Assembly: GCA_025355465.1 (NCBI GenBank)
Contig: JANXZO010000070.1
Span: 3,114-67,113 of the forward strand
Direction: 5' to 3'
Length of the DNA stretch: 64,000 bases
DNA from: Bacteroidales bacterium
Lineage (GTDB): Bacteria; Bacteroidota; Bacteroidia; Bacteroidales; FEN-979
A program made the position numbers and the translations under genes. The notes beneath the pieces are model-generated. The model made no database searches. It saw only the letters and a list, made by a program, of their open reading frames with translations, and was not told the DNA's origin. Positions 1 through 7,093 of the stretch are shown here, piece after piece; position 1 is the first letter of the stretch, and every line of letters starts with the position of its first letter.

Positions 1-159
1 ACTTTCCGGGATATCACCAACCGTCAGTTTTACTTCAAAACCTACGAAAATCCAACACTGAGAAAGATCGATCTGAAACGGCTCGATTTTACCGGTAAGG
101 AGATCAAGCGAATATCGATGTATGGCTCAACGGAGAATATTGTGGATATAACAAAATGA
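1..159 (+). CDS. 3' end of a choloylglycine hydrolase / linear amide C-N hydrolase family (Ntn) protein, truncated by window edge
   Basis: Frame 1 is open from base 1 and reads TFRDITNRQFYFKTYENPTLRKIDLKRLDFTGKEIKRISMYGSTENIVDITK*. This resembles the conserved C-terminal region of penicillin V acylase/bile-salt hydrolase-type proteins. The stop TGA at 157-159 overlaps the next ATG (ATGA). Confidence 0.45.
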   Translation, partial: TFRDITNRQFYFKTYENPTLRKIDLKRLDFTGKEIKRISMYGSTENIVDITK

Positions 160-1478
160 AAATTCTCAACATTGGGAGTACGGCGTTGATTTTCATTGCG
201 GTTTCCCTGTCAATATTGATTACCGGATGCAAAAAAACAACTGGGAACGATGAAACGGTTACCGAACAAGGTAAACTTTATCAACACCCAACGGGTATCA
301 CCATCGTTTCGCTGAAAGGCAACTATTACGAAATGGGCAGGCAGTATGGGACCCTTTTGAAAAGCAAGTTGCAGCAATGGGCACAATATTATAACTCGCA
401 ATGGAAATCAGCAAACCCGCACATTTATAATTTTATCACCAAATGGGTATTTGAACAGGGCAACAAGCTCTATATGAGCCCAAAAATCAAAGATTTTCTT
501 GCTGGTGAGGCATTGACAAGCGGATTGACCTTGTCGGATGTTTACCTCCTCGATATGTGCCTCTCCTTCGATTACATGTTCAGCGGGCACATTACCTTGC
601 CAAAAGGAGCTGCCTGCACCTTTGTCGGGGCCTATGGTTCAGCTACCGGCGGGCATACCTTTGTGGGTCGGAACCTTGACCTGCAAAGGCCGCTGGCTGT
701 GAGAGATTATAATAGTATTATTACAATTATGCAACCCAGCAACGGAGATCACAGGATTGCAACCTTTGGATTTATCGGATTTCCGCAGGGATACGCCATG
801 ATCAATCTCGATAACACTGTATTCACGGAGTACAACACCGGAAACTCCTCCGACTCCCGCACCAACCCGCTTCTTGGATCACAAACGATGATGGATGTTG
901 CCTTTGATGCCATCACAAATAAAAACAATACAGATGCATTGACAACCGCTGAGGACCTGTCGACCCGTCAGCTACTCTCCCCAACGTGCTTCGGAGTGGC
1001 AGATAAAAATGTAGTCTATGTTGTGCAACGTCCAATTTCCGCACCGGGAGTGATCAACATGAATAGTCTGGGAGTTCATATCAATGGCGTTACGAATGTT
1101 TTTCTTGATGATCTGAGCGGAATAAAACTCTCCATCAACAATGCCGACTCTGCTGCCGATGGCTATACAAAAGGATTGGATACGCCGGGCCGCGGAATGG
1201 TGAGGTGGGTCCATCTGGTAAACTATTTTAAGGCTCATCCTTCCAACCTTGACATTAATTCGATCAAAACCATTGTATCTCTGAACATTGCCGAAGGAGG
1301 CGCTTTCATCACAGGGTATGAAACAGAGGGAACCAATTCCTACTGTCAGCAGGATGCCACCTTTGGTTCGGTCGTAATCGACTTGAATGATCTCACCCAG
1401 GTTTGGTGGCTCAGATATGATTATGCAACAAAAAACAAGACGTGGGACAATGTGGATCTGACACAGTACCTCAATTGA
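156..1478 (+). CDS. C45-family-like Ntn hydrolase/acyltransferase lipoprotein
   Basis: 440-aa ORF with a lipoprotein signal (LSILITGC). The motif GAACTFVGAYGSATGGHTFVGRNLD is typical of autoproteolytic Cys-nucleophile Ntn hydrolases (C45/acyl-CoA:6-APA acyltransferase-like). Confidence 0.6.
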   Translation: MKILNIGSTALIFIAVSLSILITGCKKTTGNDETVTEQGKLYQHPTGITIVSLKGNYYEMGRQYGTLLKSKLQQWAQYYNSQWKSANPHIYNFITKWVFEQGNKLYMSPKIKDFLAGEALTSGLTLSDVYLLDMCLSFDYMFSGHITLPKGAACTFVGAYGSATGGHTFVGRNLDLQRPLAVRDYNSIITIMQPSNGDHRIATFGFIGFPQGYAMINLDNTVFTEYNTGNSSDSRTNPLLGSQTMMDVAFDAITNKNNTDALTTAEDLSTRQLLSPTCFGVADKNVVYVVQRPISAPGVINMNSLGVHINGVTNVFLDDLSGIKLSINNADSAADGYTKGLDTPGRGMVRWVHLVNYFKAHPSNLDINSIKTIVSLNIAEGGAFITGYETEGTNSYCQQDATFGSVVIDLNDLTQVWWLRYDYATKNKTWDNVDLTQYLN

Positions 1479-1603
1479 TAATTGAGCCTGGTGCTGATAC
1501 ACCATCCGGTTGATCTTGTTGTCAGTATGGCCGATCCTTGCTTTGAGTTGCTCCTTATGATCGGACAGGGTGGCTGCCTCCAGCTCTTTGTTCAACTACA
1601 GCA

Positions 1604-2248
1604 TCAGGTCAACGCCGGTGAGGATGGCGGTTCGGAAGGAGGTTTCGGTGGCAGATAGTTCTGTTTTGACACAATCTTTTTTTCGGTTTTCTTTTCAAGC
1701 GCTTTCCGGGCATCTCCGGCGATCTTACCACCTTCCTGAGCGGCTGCCCGGTTCTCTACAAATCCTTCCGGGTGCTGGGTTTTCACAATTTCAGTGGTTG
1801 AGGCTTCGCCGAGCATAGAAAATATCAGCTCCAGGTCGTTCATATAATCCCGAAAGTTCTCCCGTTGCAAACCCTTCACCTTTTTATACTCTGATGGAGT
1901 TAATCCGAAAGTAGCCTTCGAAATTTCTGCTGTAAGGATAGCATATTCCATCTGCTGCCTGACCCCATGATTACTCCATTCTCCGGTCAATTCCTCACGG
2001 ATGGCAATGCTGCATTGGCACAGAACATGCGTTGATTGCCACCCTGAGTCTCCACCGAAAGGGTAGGTACAAATTGCACCTACCCCTTGCTCCTGATCAC
2101 GCATCCGAAGTCGCTTGACATATTGCTTTGGATCGGTACTATCTGTCAGTACAGCGACTACATCCTCAACGACAAAATACCACTTCTGTTCCGCTTCGTT
2201 CCAAACCGACCGGATCTTTTTACTTTCAAATAATTTTAAGTGGTTCAT
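1604..2248 (-). CDS. Bro-N / DinD (DNA-damage-inducible protein D)-like protein, probably internally deleted
   Basis: The N-terminus FESKKIRSVWNEAEQKWYFVVEDVVAVLT matches the Bro-N type. The C-terminal half (REELTGEWSNHGV...YAILTAEISKATFGLTPSEYKKVKGLQRENFRDYMNDLELIFSMLGE) matches the DinD type. The central conserved core expected between them appears missing. A canonical AAGGAGG lies 8 nt upstream of the ATG. Confidence 0.55.
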   Translation of the reverse strand: MNHLKLFESKKIRSVWNEAEQKWYFVVEDVVAVLTDSTDPKQYVKRLRMRDQEQGVGAICTYPFGGDSGWQSTHVLCQCSIAIREELTGEWSNHGVRQQMEYAILTAEISKATFGLTPSEYKKVKGLQRENFRDYMNDLELIFSMLGEASTTEIVKTQHPEGFVENRAAAQEGGKIAGDARKALEKKTEKKIVSKQNYLPPKPPSEPPSSPALT

Positions 2249-2424
2249 GGTTCATTCCTCCTTTTACTGCTTAATCCCCTTTACACCCAAAAGGTGAAGT
2301 AAGAATCACCGGAAGTTTTCAACAATGGCAATCTCCTCCGCTGTCAAATCGGGCAACCAGAGATTGAATTTGATGGTAGGCAGTTTCTTTAGAGGTCATC
2401 TCAGCATTTTCATTCCAAAAGTAT

Positions 2425-3174
2425 TCAAAAATCCACCATGCCTCTGAACTTAACCGAATCGCCGGCCCGGTTAACCCCTTCGAACGAAAATTGATTTTCA
2501 TTTGTTGAAGCTTGCTTCAGGGTTATGACTTCGCCATGCATTGTCTCCTTCATATATTTGATGGAAAGCCGGCTGGGATAATGGGCATCGAGAAAATCAA
2601 AAGGCAGCGCATCTATCATCCAGTCGACATAGCGGGTGGAAGTCACATGTTTGTTCAGATCGAGGTCGAACCAGGTGGTCCTGACATCAAAACGCTCCTG
2701 AGGTTCAACGGAGGCCAGTTTTTCGGGTCGGTAATCCAAGGCATTCCGCTCTTTCATGTGGTCGAAAATGTAGCTGAATTTCTCATCCACCTTGCGTGGG
2801 CGCTTTGTTTGGATATCGATAGCCAACCAGCCGGAGGTGCATTTTGCCACAAGTTTGCCGCGTTGGTCTTTCACGATGAAATCACGAAGGTAAAGCAAAC
2901 CATCCACATCTTTGGGCCAGGTTTCCACAAAGGCTGTATCGCACCATTTCATGGGTTTGTATATCTCAACGGTCATACGACTTAACACCCAGAAAAGCTG
3001 CTGGCTGCGTAGTCCGTCAAAACCAAAACCCAGGGTGTCGGCCGATCTGATGGCTGCGAGTATAAGATAATTTATCAAGCCACCCAGCCGTAGCCTGGCA
3101 TTCCTGTCGCAATCGGCGGAGGTGACATCAAAGGTGTATTTCAGCACCAATTCTTGTTCGGTGATTTCGCTCAT
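2425..3174 (-). CDS. acyl-[acyl-carrier-protein] thioesterase
   Basis: 249-aa ORF. The double hot-dog acyl-ACP thioesterase pattern is present (DCDRNARLRLGGLINYL..., QLFWVLSRMTVEI, WFDLDLNKHV). Confidence 0.8.
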   Translation of the reverse strand: MSEITEQELVLKYTFDVTSADCDRNARLRLGGLINYLILAAIRSADTLGFGFDGLRSQQLFWVLSRMTVEIYKPMKWCDTAFVETWPKDVDGLLYLRDFIVKDQRGKLVAKCTSGWLAIDIQTKRPRKVDEKFSYIFDHMKERNALDYRPEKLASVEPQERFDVRTTWFDLDLNKHVTSTRYVDWMIDALPFDFLDAHYPSRLSIKYMKETMHGEVITLKQASTNENQFSFEGVNRAGDSVKFRGMVDF

Positions 3175-3200
3175 GATGTAAAATTACAAACATTATTTTT

Positions 3201-3208
3201 TAGCTTTG
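3201..3208 (+). promoter_or_regulatory. Bacteroidota -7 promoter motif
   Basis: TAGCTTTG is a perfect TAnnTTTG match, 36 nt upstream of the ATG at 3245. Confidence 0.45.
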
Positions 3209-3244
3209 TTTTGAGGCTGTTGTAATTAAACCAACCATTATACC

Positions 3245-3766
3245 ATGAAAAATTTGATATTTCACTTCATCCTATTCTGTTTTGCCATGGCCAGTTCCCT
3301 GAATTTACGCTCCCAGTCTGCCGAAAAACATTTCTCAGCAATGCTGCAAACGGAGGTGAATTACCTGTTATACCTCCCCCAGACTTACAACGCTGATAAG
3401 CTGGCGAAATTTCCGCTTATCCTCTTCCTGCATGGCAGTGGTGAAAGCGGCAGTGATCTGAACATGATCAACAAGAATGGAATCACAAAACTGATCGCGG
3501 AAGGAAAAGACTTTCCGTTTATCATCGTGAGTCCGTAAAATCCGGCAACGGATCGATCCTGGATCTTTCATGGAGCGAAGGATGATGTGGTTCCTCTCCA
3601 ACGGGCCAGTGAGATGTTTGAGGCCACAAGGAAACAAGGTGGTGAGGTGAAAATTACAGTCTACCCCGAGGCCGGTCACGATTCATGGACTGAGACCTAC
3701 GATAACCCGGAGCTTTATACCTGGCTGCTTAGGCATTCCAAGGCTGATGGTACAGTTAAAAAATAA
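3245..3766 (+). pseudogene. alpha/beta-hydrolase (carboxylesterase/phospholipase-type) pseudogene with an in-frame stop and an internal deletion
   Basis: The N-terminal part (YLLYLPQTYNADKLAKFPLILFLHGSGESGSDL...FPFIIVSP) ends at TAA 3536-3538. The same frame continues as NPATDRSWIFHGAKDDVVPLQRASEMF...VYPEAGHDSWTETYDNPELYTWLL to a stop at 3764-3766. The segment that should carry the GxSxG nucleophile is absent. Confidence 0.7.
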
Positions 3767-3826
3767 CTCCATCAAGTTCAGTGCTATGAGACTTTTGCCT
3801 TAGGCATATTTCTTACTTTAAAGCAA

Positions 3827-4378
3827 TCACCTGACAGTTTTCAACTCAGCATACGCTTGAAGTCGCTTCAGCTGATCACCGAGCATCTGGTCCACCATCG
3901 GCGCAATATGACTTAATCCTGCAGGGCTGTAACCACCCACGCTGTAAATAACAGTTACCCTCGAAACAGGCAATGACGGTATGATCTCAAACGTTATCGT
4001 ACCCTGAACCGCCAGCATCTGAAGCGGCCCCAATCCCCCTTCCATCCGGAGAATTTTGCCAGGCTGAACAAACACTACCGACATGTGGCGTACACTGCCA
4101 TTGTTGTCGAGCTTTTCACAAAAACAACCGTTCGCTTTTGGCTGTATCATCAGATTGGAGGATTTACCTGACCAGGTATGCTCCGGATTCCACCATTTTC
4201 CTATATCCGTAACAAGGTATTTGTAAATACTGTCCGGATGGCAGCTAATGGTCACTTCGTGTTTCACCGTGAAACCATAATACGAGCTGTCGGTAATGGC
4301 TGCACCAGCCCGGAATACGAGAAGAAACATCAAACCGGTCAGCAGAATTGAATTTTTCCAGAACATAATTTTGAACAT
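3827..4378 (-). CDS. secreted SRPBCC (START/Aha1-like) domain protein
   Basis: 183-aa ORF with an N-terminal signal peptide and a general SRPBCC-like sequence pattern. The start may instead be the ATG at 4366. Confidence 0.55.
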   Translation of the reverse strand: MFKIMFWKNSILLTGLMFLLVFRAGAAITDSSYYGFTVKHEVTISCHPDSIYKYLVTDIGKWWNPEHTWSGKSSNLMIQPKANGCFCEKLDNNGSVRHMSVVFVQPGKILRMEGGLGPLQMLAVQGTITFEIIPSLPVSRVTVIYSVGGYSPAGLSHIAPMVDQMLGDQLKRLQAYAELKTVR

Positions 4379-4385
4379 TAGTTTA

Positions 4386-4393
4386 CAAAGATA
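4386..4393 (-). promoter_or_regulatory. possible -7 promoter motif
   Basis: The minus strand reads TATCTTTG. It lies only 7 nt from the ATG at 4378 and 19 nt from the in-frame ATG at 4366. Confidence 0.3.
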
Positions 4394-4419
4394 CTTGATT
4401 ACCTCATTACCCGATAAAT

Positions 4420-6648
4420 CTACCTGACCCGGATCGGGGTTTTCAGTCTGAAATCCGCGGATGAAGCGCCGGGTTGGATTAAATAGTCACCTGGTTCAAC
4501 CACAAAATCACCGATACCGGAATCATAATTCCGGAAGGATCTCACCGGGATTTCGATAATTACTTTTTTTGTTTCATTTTGATTCAACGGGATACGTAAA
4601 AAGCCAACCAACGATTTTAACGGACGTGAAACCAGCGATTTGTCCTTTGTCATATAGACCTGTACGACCTCATCTCCGTCTTTGCTTCCGGTATTGGCAA
4701 TTTCCACCGAAAGACGAATGGTGTCGGATGTACCATAAAATTCTTTATCAGCCCATGCCGTGCGGTAGGTAAAACTTGTATAGGAGAGTCCAAAACCGAA
4801 CGGGAAGAGCACATTGCCGGTAAAATAGCGATAGGTACGTCCGTTCATCGTATAATCATCGAAAGGGGGCAAGTCTGTCACCTTACGGTAAAATGTTACC
4901 GGTAATCGCCCGGCCGGATTGTAATCGCCAAACAAAACATCGGCAACCGCGGCTCCACCTTCCTGTCCGGGGTACCATACGGCCAGTAAGGCTTTAACGT
5001 TCAACAGTAAAGGATCGGCAGCGATAGCGCTTCCTCCGGTAAGGACAAGGATCACCGGCTTGCCTGTTGCAGAAAGCCGACGAATCAGTTGGATCTGTGC
5101 GGCAGGCAGGTCAAGGGTGGTACGGTCGCCACGCCGGAATCCAGTGATATTTATATCCAGCTCTTCACCTTCCAGTTCGGGTGATAACCCTCCCACAAAT
5201 ACGATGACATCGCTTTTTACTGCAACCATCAGCGCGGAATCCGACTGTGGATCGTCACTGGCTTCATCATGGTTCAGGGTTCTGGCTCCCGGACCTGGTG
5301 GATCCACACCTTTGGCATAAAAAATCTGCACTTTGTCTCCCGCTCTTTTCCGAATCCCCTCAAGAAGCGTAACAGGTTTTGATGGTGTACCGTTGTAGTT
5401 TCCCAACAGCACGGGGACACTTGCAGCATAAGGGCCAATAACGGCTATTTTCGACACATCTCCGTGAATTGGCAGGATTTGATCTGCATTGTAAAGGAGC
5501 ACCATACTTTCACGGGCAACCTGTCGGGCAAGCTCATGATGATGCGGCAGATCAACGCTTCCTTCGGGTATGGCAGACCAGGACACAACGCTATCCGGAT
5601 CGAACATTCCAAGCCGCAATCTGGCTTCGAACAATCTACCCACGGCAAGGTCGATTTGCTCTTCTGTAATAAATCCCTGTTGAACAGCTCCGACCAGTCC
5701 GGCATATTCGTTACCGCAAGTCAGGTCGCTCCCGGCTGACAAAGCAAGGGCTGAGGCCCTGACCGAATCCGGCTGCAGATGATGACCGTGATAGATATCC
5801 CATATGGCGCCACAATCGGTGGTAACGTAACCACTGAAACCCCACTTTTTGCGAAGGATCCGGTCGAGCAGCAGATCGCTGGCGCTGCAGGGTTCACCCC
5901 AAAAGCGGTTGTACGCCCCCATCACCGATGCCACCCGGCCTTCAGTAACCAACGCTTCGAAGGCAGGCAGGTAAGTTTCGAAAAGATCACGTTCGCTGCA
6001 CCAGGCATCAAAGCTGTGCCGGGTCTCTTCGGGACCGCTGTGAACCGCAAAATGTTTGGCCGTGGCAATCACCTTGTAAAACCGGGAATCATCGCCCTGC
6101 AGCCCTTTTACAAAGGCGACACCAATACGGCCGGTTAGCAGCGGATCCTCGCCATAGGTCTCCTGGCCCCTTCCCCAACGCGGATCACGAAAAATATTGA
6201 TATTGGGCGACCAGAAGGTAAGTCCCTGGTAAATTCCTTGTTCATTCTTACGAATAGCTTGTTTGTACTTGGCCCTTGCTTCGGTGGAAATTACCTCAGC
6301 CTCCTCCCTGGCAAGTATGGGATTAAAGGTGGCCGCTAAAGCGATTGACTGCGGAAATACAGTTGCAATACCATTCCGTGCAACGCCGTGCAAACACTCG
6401 TTCCACCAGTTGTAGGCCGGAATCCCCAGTCGCGGGATGGCGGGAGCATTGTTCTGCATCTGCTGCACCTTTTCTTCCAGCGTAAGCATCTGCACCAGAC
6501 TGGCAGCCCGGATCTCAACAGGTAAATTAATATTCCGGAATTTCGAGGCAGAATCCTGGCTTGCAGTCGATCGGCTATTTACGGCAAGAAGAAAAAGAGA
6601 TGATCCTGCCATTGTGAACAGGATCATCCCGGTTTTAATACTCCTCAT
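4420..6648 (-). CDS. glycoside hydrolase family 3 (beta-glucosidase / beta-xylosidase)
   Basis: 742-aa ORF with a signal peptide. GH3 hallmarks are present: RDPRWGRGQETYGEDP, KHFAVHSGPE and GFSGYVTTDCGA (Asp nucleophile context), plus a C-terminal fibronectin-like domain. Confidence 0.9.
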   Translation of the reverse strand: MRSIKTGMILFTMAGSSLFLLAVNSRSTASQDSASKFRNINLPVEIRAASLVQMLTLEEKVQQMQNNAPAIPRLGIPAYNWWNECLHGVARNGIATVFPQSIALAATFNPILAREEAEVISTEARAKYKQAIRKNEQGIYQGLTFWSPNINIFRDPRWGRGQETYGEDPLLTGRIGVAFVKGLQGDDSRFYKVIATAKHFAVHSGPEETRHSFDAWCSERDLFETYLPAFEALVTEGRVASVMGAYNRFWGEPCSASDLLLDRILRKKWGFSGYVTTDCGAIWDIYHGHHLQPDSVRASALALSAGSDLTCGNEYAGLVGAVQQGFITEEQIDLAVGRLFEARLRLGMFDPDSVVSWSAIPEGSVDLPHHHELARQVARESMVLLYNADQILPIHGDVSKIAVIGPYAASVPVLLGNYNGTPSKPVTLLEGIRKRAGDKVQIFYAKGVDPPGPGARTLNHDEASDDPQSDSALMVAVKSDVIVFVGGLSPELEGEELDINITGFRRGDRTTLDLPAAQIQLIRRLSATGKPVILVLTGGSAIAADPLLLNVKALLAVWYPGQEGGAAVADVLFGDYNPAGRLPVTFYRKVTDLPPFDDYTMNGRTYRYFTGNVLFPFGFGLSYTSFTYRTAWADKEFYGTSDTIRLSVEIANTGSKDGDEVVQVYMTKDKSLVSRPLKSLVGFLRIPLNQNETKKVIIEIPVRSFRNYDSGIGDFVVEPGDYLIQPGASSADFRLKTPIRVR

Positions 6649-6686
6649 AACATACCTGATTTAGCGGAGTAAAGTTAAAAAAAAGG

Positions 6687-7049
6687 TCAATGCTTTGGTG
6701 CATCCTTCTTGCAACAGGCGGGAAGCTTATCATAGGCTGCTTTATCAGCAGGTATGTCATCGGCATCGTAGCCAAGTTTATTGATTTTCTTTCGCAGTTC
6801 TTCCGGTGATGTGGTTTTCGCATTGTACTTAATGGTTGCAATTTTAGTCTCCACATCGAGCGAAACGTCCTTTACTCCTTTTTCAAATGCCATCCCGCTT
6901 TCAATGCGATCCTTGCACATCCCGCAAACGGCCGAAGTCTTGATTTTAACTGTTTCAGCCCCATTATTAAGTGCAAATGCACCGGCAGATAGAATCACAG
7001 CACAAAATGCAATCAGAATAATTCTGGATAATGATTTCAAGGTTGTCAT
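6687..7049 (-). CDS. secreted heavy-metal-associated (HMA) domain protein
   Basis: Signal peptide, then the HMA motif TSAVCGMCKDRIE (MxCxxC type), plus a C-terminal PACCKK Cys pair. Start chosen at the ATG at 7049; the ATG at 7082 is also possible. The longer ORF to 7190 overlaps the upstream receptor gene. Confidence 0.8.
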   Translation of the reverse strand: MTTLKSLSRIILIAFCAVILSAGAFALNNGAETVKIKTSAVCGMCKDRIESGMAFEKGVKDVSLDVETKIATIKYNAKTTSPEELRKKINKLGYDADDIPADKAAYDKLPACCKKDAPKH

Positions 7050-7093
7050 GTTTTTAAGAATTTTTGGTTTACTAATTCCCATGTAATAATTAA

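Noticed and set aside
972-1595. 207-aa minus-strand ORF
   Set aside because: About 80% of it is antisense to the Ntn-hydrolase gene and it begins at a TTG. Only its first ~38 codons (1480-1595), which lie outside the hydrolase gene, are considered, and only as a possible methyltransferase-tail relic in the findings.
2319-2501. 60-aa minus-strand ORF spanning the thioresterase stop region
   Set aside because: It overlaps the 3' end of the acyl-ACP thioesterase gene in another frame. The part downstream of the thioesterase stop is better explained in a different frame, as the ...LTAEEIAIVENFR* relic.
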